The position numbers and the translations under genes were made by a program. A stretch of DNA of 64,000 nt from a virus, in the IMG/VR virus record IMGVR_UViG_3300027782_000040, one strand, 5' to 3'. The notes under the pieces are model-generated. The model saw nothing but the letters and a program-made list of their open reading frames with translations. It made no database searches and was not told the origin of the DNA. Positions 1 through 8,780 of this stretch are shown here, one piece after another; within the stretch, counting starts at the first letter, position 1; every line of letters begins with the position of its first letter.

Positions 1-1041
1 CCACCAACAGCGGCACCACCACCTGCAAGTAGTTCGTCATCCCCACCTCCGGCAAGTGGCGGTTCATCTTCTTCATCAAGTAGTTCGTCATCAACGGAAG
101 CAAAACCTGCTGAGGCAAAACCTGCAGAAGCAAAACCCGCCGATAAACCTGCAGATAAACCCGCTGAACAAAAAGCCGAAGAAAAGAAAACTGAAGCTAA
201 AACCGAAGAAAAGAAAGAGGAAACTAAAACCGAAGAAAAGAAATCAGAAGAAAAAAAGACTGAGGAGAAAAAGGAAGAAGCTAAAAAAGAAGAAGAAAAG
301 AAAGAAGAAGCTAAAAAAGAGGAAGAGAAAAAGAAGGAGGAAGAAAAGAAAAAAGAGGAAGAAAAAAAGAAAAAACAAGAAGTAACAAATCCAACATTAC
401 TTGCATCAGATATAACAACGGCAGAAACGGAACGAGGTAAGTTTTTAGCGTCTATATCATTAGGACTTAGTAAATCATCTATGGCTGGTGATGTAAGTTA
501 TAGTGGTGGATTGATAGTGAATAGTGACTTAAGTTCTATTATATTAACAGGAGGTATTACAAAAATGAAAATGACCGAAGATGGACAATTAGACGCAATA
601 CACTCATACGGAACAGCATTTGCATATTTGGCAGGTAACTATATGAACTTAATGGGTTATACTTGGATTAAACCAACACCTAAAAAGGGAACATTTGGTT
701 ATAACGTTGGTGTCATTAATTTATTTCTTAAAAACGATAATGGTGGGTTTGATTATAATATGGCAAGTTCTGCAATTGCATTTTGGACCAAACCTTACGT
801 CTATTCAAAAAAACTTACAATATCACCTCAAGTGTTCACGATGTTCTCACCTATCTCTTGGAATAGTGTCACAGGGGCATCGACAGTTAATAGACATATG
901 GGTTTCTTATTAGGAACCGCATTTGATTATAAACTTAGTAAGAGATTTGGGTTTGCGTTTAATTACAAAATAAGTGGTAATACTAAACCGTATTCCGTAT
1001 TTTTAAGCAACTTTCAGATAGGTAGTAGAATGGTATTATAA
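1..1041 (+). CDS. 5'-truncated protein: Pro/Ser- and Lys/Glu-rich linker followed by a probable outer-membrane beta-barrel domain
   Basis: Frame 1 is open from base 1 (PPTAAPPPASSS...EAKPAEAKP...EEKKKEEEKK...) into the listed 481..1041 ORF. The C-terminal part has alternating hydrophobic beta-strands with aromatic residues. Confidence 0.6.
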   Translation, partial: PPTAAPPPASSSSSPPPASGGSSSSSSSSSSTEAKPAEAKPAEAKPADKPADKPAEQKAEEKKTEAKTEEKKEETKTEEKKSEEKKTEEKKEEAKKEEEKKEEAKKEEEKKKEEEKKKEEEKKKKQEVTNPTLLASDITTAETERGKFLASISLGLSKSSMAGDVSYSGGLIVNSDLSSIILTGGITKMKMTEDGQLDAIHSYGTAFAYLAGNYMNLMGYTWIKPTPKKGTFGYNVGVINLFLKNDNGGFDYNMASSAIAFWTKPYVYSKKLTISPQVFTMFSPISWNSVTGASTVNRHMGFLLGTAFDYKLSKRFGFAFNYKISGNTKPYSVFLSNFQIGSRMVL

Positions 1042-1072
1042 AAAAAATCCCCGAAGTATAAACCTCGAGGAT
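1040..1072 (-). terminator. Rho-independent terminator ending the minus-strand RNA repair block
   Basis: Minus strand ATCCTCGAGG-TTTATA-CTTCGGGGAT stem (with G-U pairs) followed by a T run. Confidence 0.65.
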
Positions 1073-1129
1073 GTGACAAAAAATAAATGTACCTCTCTCC
1101 TGATACTTTACTAATATATTAATTAGATT

Positions 1130-1456
1130 TTAAGAAGTCAATTCTTTATATAAATTATTTATCTCAATACAAGTTTCATAATCCTCGATTTCTTCAAAAT
1201 GTGGAATTAAATCCCTTTTCAATATTATAGATTCTTGTTTATGAAATTTAAATTCAGTATCCCATTCTTCATTTTTTATTTTTGCCGAGATATAAAAAGT
1301 AAGATTTTCTTTACTTGTAGTTTTAAATTCTTCAAAAACATTTAAAATTGATTTATAAATTAACGTTTTATTCTCACTATAAAAATCTTCGTAATTTTTA
1401 TACTTGTCCTTGATTATCAACGACTTAAATGGTTCTTCATTTTTATTTTTTCGCAT
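1130..1456 (-). CDS. hypothetical protein
   Basis: 108 aa ORF preceded by a Bacteroidota-type promoter. Confidence 0.7.
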   Translation of the reverse strand: MRKNKNEEPFKSLIIKDKYKNYEDFYSENKTLIYKSILNVFEEFKTTSKENLTFYISAKIKNEEWDTEFKFHKQESIILKRDLIPHFEEIEDYETCIEINNLYKELTS

Positions 1457-1496
1457 TAAATGGTGTTTAGTAAGTTAGTTAATTTAGTTCGTACAT

Positions 1497-1527
1497 CAAA
1501 ATTACAACATTTTAATAAAACAACAAA
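1497..1527 (-). promoter_or_regulatory. Bacteroidota sigma70-type promoter
   Basis: Minus strand TTTG-N19-TAATTTTG matches the -33/-7 consensus TTTG-N19-21-TAnnTTTG. Confidence 0.55.
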
Positions 1528-1531
1528 AAAT

Positions 1532-2020
1532 TTATTCGTTATCCATAGATTTATCCCATTTTGCTTTTCTAGCCTCTGGGGATAACATTAACGGTTCATC
1601 TATTGTATGTTCAATTTTAACACTTATACAGGTTTGAGGTAACCTACAGTTTTTTAAATAATTGTTAATATATCCCATCATATTGGCACTACCAATAGGA
1701 TTTGCCGAATGAATATAAATTTGAGGTAAGGGTATTTTTTCATTCATACTTTCAGCAACCAAATATCTACAACAATCCATACCAGTTTTTTCTTCTATGT
1801 TGTTATAATCCAACATATAATTATTTTTTACATTTGTATAATATTCTATCATGGCACCTTCACCTAAATCATGATCTAAAGATATAACTTCAAAATTACC
1901 TAATCCGTGTAATTTAATTGCAGCCACAAATTCATCATAATTACGGGCAATTATCCAATCTTTAGCTAATGGTGTTCTTACATCATCAAGATATAATCTC
2001 AATTTATTATTAATTTTCAT
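1532..2020 (-). CDS. cyclic-phosphate-processing receiver-like domain protein
   Basis: Motifs LYLDDVR, SLDHDLG, TGMDC and HSANP; adjacent to an RNA ligase. Confidence 0.75.
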   Translation of the reverse strand: MKINNKLRLYLDDVRTPLAKDWIIARNYDEFVAAIKLHGLGNFEVISLDHDLGEGAMIEYYTNVKNNYMLDYNNIEEKTGMDCCRYLVAESMNEKIPLPQIYIHSANPIGSANMMGYINNYLKNCRLPQTCISVKIEHTIDEPLMLSPEARKAKWDKSMDNE

Positions 2021-3083
2021 CTTTCTTAAATGGTTTTTCGTATTTAGGTTTCATTATTCTCCAAATAATATGTTCATATGGTTTTCCGTCCCACATTGCA
2101 AATAATATTGGTCTATAAAATGTTTCAACATCACATTTTTCTAAATGTAATGCAAAATCTTTTTTTGTTGGTTCAGGGTCTACATCTCCATATTTTCCGT
2201 ATCTAAAATAATCATGTATCTTACCACAATGTTCTCCAATTCTGTATTTGGCATATTCAAAAGAACTCACTTGTTGTTTAACCCACTTGTAAAATTCATC
2301 AGGTACCCTATCTAAAAATTCATCCATAGGTTTTCCATCCCTCAATAATTCCCAAATATCTTTGGATGAAAAATTGGTTAATATTTTATGTAATCTTTTA
2401 TACTCTTCCCCTTTGATTTTCATACGAAAACCATTCTTAAATTTAATTACATATCCCTCTCTATCCTTTTGTATTTCTTCTTTAAGTAAATCATATCCTT
2501 CTCCCCATGTTTTATATGTCATTACTAATTCCCAACCACCTTCTTGCATAAAGAATAAAGAACTGTCAGGAACTTCATTTCCACTTTCAGTATGAATGGC
2601 ACCAAGTAAAACTAACTTTTCTTCATCACCGTAATTTACTACTATTCGGTTTTCTTTGAAAATTATTTCAAACAAATATGTGTTGTCTTTTCTTAATGAA
2701 CTAACATCATATTTCTTATCAAGAATTTCTTTACCCTTAATTGCCTGTTGTGATGTGAAGGATCCGCGTGTTGATAATATCCATTCATTTTCATAATTAA
2801 AAAGAATACCTAACGATCCATCCATCTTTTCATAGACCACATAATCTTCATTAGGTATTTCTTCTGGTTTATGTTCTTCGTAGTTAAAAAATTTCTTAAA
2901 TGGTCTTGCAACAATCTCACCTTTTGAATTGGTAACCAATCCACGGCACATAATAGTTATTTCATCCCAAAGACGCTCATATTGAACTTTAGGAGAATAA
3001 TTCCATATAGTCAAATCTTTAGTAGGATGTGTTTGTTTATGCAACAAACCATCAGTATAATATTTCTCTAAAATTTCTAACAT
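2010..3083 (-). CDS. RNA ligase (T4 Rnl1-like)
   Basis: Motif I EKMDGSLG, plus CRGLV, ARPFKKFFN, STRGSF, EGYV and MKIK. Likely start at 3083 (TAATG overlap with the upstream stop). Confidence 0.9.
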   Translation of the reverse strand: MLEILEKYYTDGLLHKQTHPTKDLTIWNYSPKVQYERLWDEITIMCRGLVTNSKGEIVARPFKKFFNYEEHKPEEIPNEDYVVYEKMDGSLGILFNYENEWILSTRGSFTSQQAIKGKEILDKKYDVSSLRKDNTYLFEIIFKENRIVVNYGDEEKLVLLGAIHTESGNEVPDSSLFFMQEGGWELVMTYKTWGEGYDLLKEEIQKDREGYVIKFKNGFRMKIKGEEYKRLHKILTNFSSKDIWELLRDGKPMDEFLDRVPDEFYKWVKQQVSSFEYAKYRIGEHCGKIHDYFRYGKYGDVDPEPTKKDFALHLEKCDVETFYRPILFAMWDGKPYEHIIWRIMKPKYEKPFKKDEN

Positions 3084-3325
3084 TAGTTTATTGTTTTGTG
3101 AAATCCGATGTTGTAGGTATGTTTCAACCAATTAAAGGACAAATATACTCCACACATTTTGTTTTTCCAAATTGATACATGAGAATCGGGTTGACATGTT
3201 TCAAAATAAAAATAAACAAAAGGTAATGGATATATTAACCATTGGTTTCTATGTAAGTTAGCGTGAAATTTCATCTTTGGTTTTGGGTTAATTGTTTTAA
3301 CATAAGAAGAAATAAATTGACTCAT
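3083..3325 (-). CDS. hypothetical protein
   Basis: 80 aa ORF overlapping its neighbours by one base on both sides (translational coupling). Confidence 0.6.
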   Translation of the reverse strand: MSQFISSYVKTINPKPKMKFHANLHRNQWLIYPLPFVYFYFETCQPDSHVSIWKNKMCGVYLSFNWLKHTYNIGFHKTIN

Positions 3326-3753
3326 TAAAGTTTAACTTGAAATCTATTCTTCATTTGTTGAAGTTTATCTTCGGGAACTCCGTGAACATTTTCATTACCA
3401 TGTCTATTTTCAACAACCACCGTATGAACACGATAATTGTACCTTTCTGCCATTTTAAAATATTCGTCCATTTCCCATTCTTGAGTAAAAGTATTTGCAA
3501 CAACTATCCTTGCCTTTTGTTGTCTCATCCTTTCTGAACATCTAAATTGACAATAGTTATGCGCTTCTTTTATTTTTTGTGAATCAAAATCGTATTCACT
3601 ATTTTCGTTGATAAAAAAATCATCAGCCGATAAAACCTCAGGTTCATCTGTACTTCTAAGTTGTAATATGATTTTAGCTAACGTTGATTTACCAGAACCA
3701 GGTAACCCTCTTAATAATATTAATTCGCCCTGAGCTTCGTTTACACTATCCAT
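3325..3753 (-). CDS. P-loop polynucleotide kinase-like protein (AAA_33 type)
   Basis: Walker A GLPGSGKST, plus SADDFF, VANTF and HGVP motifs. Confidence 0.85.
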   Translation of the reverse strand: MDSVNEAQGELILLRGLPGSGKSTLAKIILQLRSTDEPEVLSADDFFINENSEYDFDSQKIKEAHNYCQFRCSERMRQQKARIVVANTFTQEWEMDEYFKMAERYNYRVHTVVVENRHGNENVHGVPEDKLQQMKNRFQVKL

Positions 3754-3770
3754 AGGAGAGATTTAGAATT

Positions 3771-3806
3771 AAAAAATTGGGGTCAGTATGAAACCAACCC
3801 CGATTT
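3771..3806 (-). terminator. Rho-independent terminator after the lipoprotein gene
   Basis: Minus strand GGGGTTGGT-TTCAT-ACTGACCCC stem followed by AATTTTTT. Confidence 0.55.
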
Positions 3807-3807
3807 C

Positions 3808-3999
3808 TTATTTTTGTGGTATTTCAGTTTTTACTTCACCACCTGTTACAGGTGCCACTGTTGAATCAGCAACTACTGCAGTTGTATCTGCAACAGGAGC
3901 CATTGTAGAGTCCGTTGTTTCTGTTGCGGCTGACCCTGAACCACATGCTGTTAGTGTAAGTGCTACACCAAGAGCTAAGATAAATGTTAATTTTTTCAT
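3808..3999 (-). CDS. small lipoprotein
   Basis: Signal peptide MKKLTFILALGVALTLTA-C with a lipobox; short Ala/Thr/Asp-rich mature part. Confidence 0.8.
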   Translation of the reverse strand: MKKLTFILALGVALTLTACGSGSAATETTDSTMAPVADTTAVVADSTVAPVTGGEVKTEIPQK

Positions 4000-4043
4000 A
4001 TATAGTAAATATACGAAAGTTTAACGATAAAACCAAATTCCAT

Positions 4044-4142
4044 AAAAAAACCCCAACGAGATGTCGGGGTTTAAGGTCTTTCGGTGGGTTCAACCCCACT
4101 TAATTTAAGAAACGAAAAGGTTATCGACAAAGAGAACCTATA
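4044..4142 (-). ncRNA. candidate ~100 nt structured small RNA
   Basis: No credible ORF. Preceded by the TATTTATA motif (4147-4154), contains two hairpins and ends in a terminator hairpin plus T run. Confidence 0.4.
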
Positions 4143-4178
4143 GTGATATAAATATATATAACTTTACTAAAAAGTCAA

Positions 4179-4868
4179 CTATTTATTAAAATTTTTATTT
4201 AATTCGATATATTTTAAAATTTCAATCGCAAAATCTTTATGAGCCTCTTCCCCCCAATGAAAATCATCAACAAGATTATTGGTTTCAATTGTAATAGAAG
4301 GACGTTTTTTAAACGGAATTAAAAAATCATAAAATTCTTTTTGGTAATCATCATTATCTAATTGATAATCGTTAGATGGGTCGACCCATGTCCAATGGTA
4401 AACCAAATTATTTTTTAAAATATGATTAATGACCTTAATGTAGTCGGTAACCTCAGTCCAAAAAACTGAATATTTTAATCTATTCATTGATAAATCAACT
4501 AATGATTCAAATGAAACATCAATAAAATTGTAAACTTTTTCATTTGCACCGCCAATTAAAATAGGAAAAAGTCTATTATCTTTTGTTGCAGCATTAAATC
4601 TCATATTTTGGGTCCAACCAAAAATAACAATATCACCATCATTTATTCGATTTATATTATCAACAAACCAATGAAATATTGTTTGATTACATGTTCCCGC
4701 AATAGATTTATCAATTAAGTTTATATTGATGGTTTCACTTATAATTTCAGAAAAAACTTTCGGTGGGTACCCTTTGTATTTTACATAATCATACGAAACT
4801 TTACCTTCTTTTTGTAATTTAAACGATGAAGTAAACGAATCACCAAAAACCCATAAATTTTTATCCAT
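4179..4868 (-). CDS. SGNH/GDSL-like hydrolase
   Basis: N-terminal FGDSF and C-terminal DDFHW (DxH) motifs. Confidence 0.6.
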   Translation of the reverse strand: MDKNLWVFGDSFTSSFKLQKEGKVSYDYVKYKGYPPKVFSEIISETININLIDKSIAGTCNQTIFHWFVDNINRINDGDIVIFGWTQNMRFNAATKDNRLFPILIGGANEKVYNFIDVSFESLVDLSMNRLKYSVFWTEVTDYIKVINHILKNNLVYHWTWVDPSNDYQLDNDDYQKEFYDFLIPFKKRPSITIETNNLVDDFHWGEEAHKDFAIEILKYIELNKNFNK

Positions 4869-4879
4869 AAAACTTAAAA

Positions 4880-6892
4880 TTATTTTTTTGAGATTGTTAA
4901 TTTTTCGTCTTTATATTTGAGATTTATTAATTTACCCTCAACAATATTACCTTTTAAAATTTCTTCACTTAAAAAATCCTCACAAAGATTTTGAATAATT
5001 CTTTTTACTGGTCTAGCTCCATATTCTTCTTGCGAATTTAATTCAAATACTCTATTGGTGACTGTTTTATCAAAATTAACTTTATATCCTTTATCTTTTA
5101 ATCTATTCGACAATCTATTAATTTCAAGGTCAATAATTTTTTTCAATGTTTCTTCGTTCAGTGCATTAAATAAGATTATGTCATCAATACGATTTAAAAA
5201 CTCAGGATTAAAATGTTGTTTCAACGCTTTTTGTATCATTGTTTTTCTAACTTCATATTTTTGAACTTCGCTTGATGATGTACTAAATCCAACACCACCA
5301 CCAAATTCAGAAACACGTTTCGCCCCAATGTTAGATGTCATAATAACCAAACAATTTGTAAAATTAACTTTTCTACCAAATGAATCAGTTAAATGACCTT
5401 CATCTAAAATTTGTAATAGTATGTTGAACACGTCTTTATGTGCTTTCTCAATTTCATCAAATAAAATGACAGAGAAGGGGTTATTTTTAACTTTCTCGGT
5501 TAACTGACCTCCTTCATCATACCCAACAAAACCTGGGGGAGAACCAATTAATTTTGATACGTTGTGTCTATCCATATATTCACTCATATCAACACGAATG
5601 ATTTTATCTTCATCACCAAACAAGTATTGTGCTAATGTTTTAGCAAGATAAGTTTTACCTACACCAGTTGAACCTAAGAATATGAATGAACCAATAGGTT
5701 TATTCGCGTCTTTAATACCTACTCTATTTCTTCTGATTGACCTTGATATTGTAGAAATCGCTTCAGGTTGACCAATAACTTTTTCAGATAACAAATCCTC
5801 GAGTTGTAATAACTTTTGAGTTTCTTTTGCATCAAGTTTACTAATTGGAACCCCTGTCATTTGAGAAATGATTTCATAAACATTATCAATAGTAATTGGT
5901 ATCTTATTGTCTTTTTGTTTTTCAGACCATTTATATTTCTCATCTTCAAGTTTAGTAACTACTTTCTTTTCTTCGTCTCTCAATTTTGCCGCTTGTTCGT
6001 AATTCTGACTTTTAACAACTTGTATTTTTTTCTCTTTGATTTCATCAATTTGAAATTTTAATTTTTCAATTGATTCAGGAATTCTTGTTGATATTCTTTT
6101 TTCAGAACCCAATTCATCTAATACGTCAATTGCCTTATCGGGAAATTGTCTTTCGGTTATGTATCTTCCTGCTAACCTTACAATTACTTCAATTACACCA
6201 TCCTCATACGTTACTTTATGAAAATCTTGATATGATGTTGTTAGATTTTTTAAAATTTCAATTGTCTCTAACTCTGTTGGTTCCTTTAGGATTATTTTTT
6301 GAAATCTTCTAACGAGCGCACTGTCTTTTTCAATGTGTTTTTTAAATTCATCAAAAGTTGTTGCACCAATACATTGTATTTCACCTCTTGCTAATGCTGG
6401 TTTAAGAATATTTGCGGCATCCATAGAACCACTCGCATTTCCTGCACCAACCATGGTATGAAGTTCATCAATAAAAACAATTACGTTCGGTGCTTCAACC
6501 AACTCATTTAAAATTGCCTTAATTCTTTCTTCAAATTGACCACGATATTTTGTTCCAGCAACAAGTGATGTTAAATCCAAAGACATAATTCTTTTATCTA
6601 AAAGATTTGTTGGGCAATCACCTTTGTGAATCATTAACGCAAGTTTCTCAACTAATGCAGATTTACCGACACCAGCGTCACCAACAATAACTGCGTTGTT
6701 TTTCTTTTTACGAGATAGAATTTGTGCAATTCTTTTTACTTCAACGTCCCTACCAACAATAGGGTCAATCTTACCTTCCTCGGCCATCTTAATAAGATCA
6801 CGAGAGAAGTTATCTAAAATTGGGGTGTTAGAACCTTTTCTAACTTTCTTTGGGTTTGTGGTTGGACCATCTTCAAAAAAATCTACTGACAT
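4880..6892 (-). CDS. clpC: ClpC-like AAA+ chaperone lacking the N-terminal repeat domain
   Basis: Two Walker A motifs (GDAGVGKS, GSTGVGKT), GTKYRGQFEER, a UVR-type middle coiled coil (QNYEQAAKLRDEE), GSPPGFVGY and a VGF loop. Likely start MSVDFF at 6892. Confidence 0.9.
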   Translation of the reverse strand: MSVDFFEDGPTTNPKKVRKGSNTPILDNFSRDLIKMAEEGKIDPIVGRDVEVKRIAQILSRKKKNNAVIVGDAGVGKSALVEKLALMIHKGDCPTNLLDKRIMSLDLTSLVAGTKYRGQFEERIKAILNELVEAPNVIVFIDELHTMVGAGNASGSMDAANILKPALARGEIQCIGATTFDEFKKHIEKDSALVRRFQKIILKEPTELETIEILKNLTTSYQDFHKVTYEDGVIEVIVRLAGRYITERQFPDKAIDVLDELGSEKRISTRIPESIEKLKFQIDEIKEKKIQVVKSQNYEQAAKLRDEEKKVVTKLEDEKYKWSEKQKDNKIPITIDNVYEIISQMTGVPISKLDAKETQKLLQLEDLLSEKVIGQPEAISTISRSIRRNRVGIKDANKPIGSFIFLGSTGVGKTYLAKTLAQYLFGDEDKIIRVDMSEYMDRHNVSKLIGSPPGFVGYDEGGQLTEKVKNNPFSVILFDEIEKAHKDVFNILLQILDEGHLTDSFGRKVNFTNCLVIMTSNIGAKRVSEFGGGVGFSTSSSEVQKYEVRKTMIQKALKQHFNPEFLNRIDDIILFNALNEETLKKIIDLEINRLSNRLKDKGYKVNFDKTVTNRVFELNSQEEYGARPVKRIIQNLCEDFLSEEILKGNIVEGKLINLKYKDEKLTISKK

Positions 6893-6951
6893 ATGATATA
6901 AGTTTAATTCAATACAAACATAACACAAATAATACTAAAAAACAAACGTGA

Positions 6952-7021
6952 GACAAATTGTCAAAAAGTTTTTAAATATAATGACAAGTTGTCCAAAAAT
7001 ATATGTTGGTAAAGTATTTGT
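6952..7021 (+). promoter_or_regulatory. two GACAAnTTGTC dyads plus a sigma54-like GG-N10-GT element upstream of Hsp20
   Basis: Dyads at 6952-6962 and 6983-6993; TTGGTAAAGTATTTGT at 7006-7021. Confidence 0.45.
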
Positions 7022-7046
7022 TATTAAAATAAAAAAACATATAACT

Positions 7047-7403
7047 ATGATTACATTATTTAAAGACCCATTTTTTACAGGATTAGATAACAACAGATTC
7101 TTATCTACACCTGAAACTAACATCGCCAAAAATGAAACTGAATATAAAGTTTCAATATGTGTTCCAGGTTTGACCAAGGAAGACATAAAAATCACAACAA
7201 AAGATGGTATACTAAAGATTTCGTATGAAAAAATTGAAGGTGATAAAACACGTCACTTTATTGGTAGTTTCATTAAATCTTATAACATACCTGATGATGT
7301 GAGAGAAAAAGATATTTTAGGTAAAGTTGAGAACGGAGTATTAGAGTTGGTTTTACCGATTGACAGGAAAAAATCATTAGAAAGACAAATTTCTTTGAAT
7401 TAA
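7047..7403 (+). CDS. small heat shock protein (Hsp20)
   Basis: Alpha-crystallin motifs PGLTKEDIKI, ENGVLELVLP and a C-terminal I-x-L. Likely start at 7047. Confidence 0.9.
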   Translation: MITLFKDPFFTGLDNNRFLSTPETNIAKNETEYKVSICVPGLTKEDIKITTKDGILKISYEKIEGDKTRHFIGSFIKSYNIPDDVREKDILGKVENGVLELVLPIDRKKSLERQISLN

Positions 7404-7454
7404 TTTTTTTTTATCAATTTTATTTCTTAAATTAGTAATATAAAATTATACACC

Positions 7455-7706
7455 ATGTCAGTAAAAAAAGAAAAAATCAACGGAAAAATGATTTATGCCT
7501 CAATTAAATCAACTAGTCTTAAATCTGCGTCTTACGACACTTTAAAAGAAAACTTACGAGTTTTGTTCAACAGTGGAGTTGCCTATGAGTACCAAAATGT
7601 ACCATCAACAACATTTACTAAGTTTAGATTGGCTAAGTCACAAGGAAAGTTCTTTAATCAGAACATTTCAAACAACTTTACTTATAAAAAAGTAAAAAGT
7701 ATCTAA
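7455..7706 (+). CDS. KTSC domain protein
   Basis: S-T-S-L...Y...L-x-V-x-F-x-x-G-x-x-Y-x-Y-x-x-VP...A-x-S-x-GKFFN-x-x-I pattern. Confidence 0.85.
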   Translation: MSVKKEKINGKMIYASIKSTSLKSASYDTLKENLRVLFNSGVAYEYQNVPSTTFTKFRLAKSQGKFFNQNISNNFTYKKVKSI

Positions 7707-7713
7707 TTAAATT

Positions 7714-7744
7714 TAAACCCCTCTAAATGAGGGGTTTATTTTTT
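7714..7744 (+). terminator. Rho-independent terminator between the KTSC paralogs
   Basis: TAAACCCCTC-TAAAT-GAGGGGTTTA perfect stem followed by a T run. Confidence 0.75.
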
Positions 7745-7779
7745 GATATTTATTATCTATAATATATAAACAATATACT

Positions 7780-8025
7780 ATGGGTATCATATCAGAAAAA
7801 ATTGAGGGTAAACTTATTACAGTTACTATCCAATCTTCCAACCTTAAAGAATCAACATACAATACAGAAACAGAGGACTTAACCGTCGTTTTTAACAACG
7901 GAAGTATTTATGTATACAATAAAGTTCCTTGGCAGAAGTTCACCAAATTTAGGTTAGCCGAATCCCACGGAAAATACTTCAACGAGAATATCGCCAAAAG
8001 TCATAAGTATACAAAACAAGGATGA
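7780..8025 (+). CDS. KTSC domain protein (paralog)
   Basis: Same pattern; shares FTKFRLAxSxGKxFN with the upstream gene. Confidence 0.85.
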   Translation: MGIISEKIEGKLITVTIQSSNLKESTYNTETEDLTVVFNNGSIYVYNKVPWQKFTKFRLAESHGKYFNENIAKSHKYTKQG

Positions 8026-8780
8026 GTTTATTTGAAGAATTAATTGAAGATAAAAAAGGTGATAAGAAAATTATCAAATCTTTTAAATCTAAAGATACCT
8101 TATCTAATCAAATTTTTGAGGGGGATAAAGGTAAATTTTTGATGCGTGATGATATTAAAATCGCATTATTAAAAATTTCGGATGACTTTATTGAATCCCT
8201 TGGAGTTGAATTTTTCATACACGATATTGTTTTAACTGGTTCATTGGCTAATTACAATTGGTCAAATTTTTCCGATGTTGACCTACATATTGTAATTGAT
8301 TATAAAGAATCTAAATACAATTCTGAAATTCTTAAAGAGTTTTTTGATGCTAAAAAGAATATTTGGAATGAAAAACATGATATCGTAATTAAAGGATATG
8401 ACGTTGAATTATACGTACAAGACGTCAATGAAGAACACGTTTCATCTGGCGTTTATTCTATCTTACATAACAAATGGATTATTGAACCTGAACAAAAGAA
8501 CCCTAATATTGATGATAGAATGATTCTTCAAAAGGGAGAGGAGTATATAAAGAAAATAGATAAAATCGTTGAAAAGGGGAATAAGGGTGTGGACGTATTA
8601 AATGATATTGAGAACATCAGAGCTAAGATTAAATCGTTTAGACAAAGTGGATTAGATTCAGGTGGGGAGTACTCTTACGAGAATCTAACATTCAAATTAT
8701 TAAGACGAAACGGATACATTGGGAAATTATTAAAACTTAAAATAACACTAACAGATAAAAAATTGTCTGTAGAACAATAA
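8022..8780 (+). CDS. Pol-beta superfamily nucleotidyltransferase
   Basis: GS...DVDLH catalytic signature and a downstream acidic residue (VELYVQD). Confidence 0.75.
   Translation: MSLFEELIEDKKGDKKIIKSFKSKDTLSNQIFEGDKGKFLMRDDIKIALLKISDDFIESLGVEFFIHDIVLTGSLANYNWSNFSDVDLHIVIDYKESKYNSEILKEFFDAKKNIWNEKHDIVIKGYDVELYVQDVNEEHVSSGVYSILHNKWIIEPEQKNPNIDDRMILQKGEEYIKKIDKIVEKGNKGVDVLNDIENIRAKIKSFRQSGLDSGGEYSYENLTFKLLRRNGYIGKLLKLKITLTDKKLSVEQ

Noticed and set aside
56-385. Lys/Arg-rich 109 aa ORF resembling a histone-like protein
   Set aside because: Alternative-frame reading of the GAA/AAA-rich linker of the real frame-1 gene.
1085-1105. SD-like AGGAGAGAGGT on the minus strand
   Set aside because: No start codon follows before the terminator; no function can be supported.
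4044-4142. tRNA gene
   Set aside because: No cloverleaf or acceptor stem, despite a GGTTCAA T-loop-like sequence on the plus strand.
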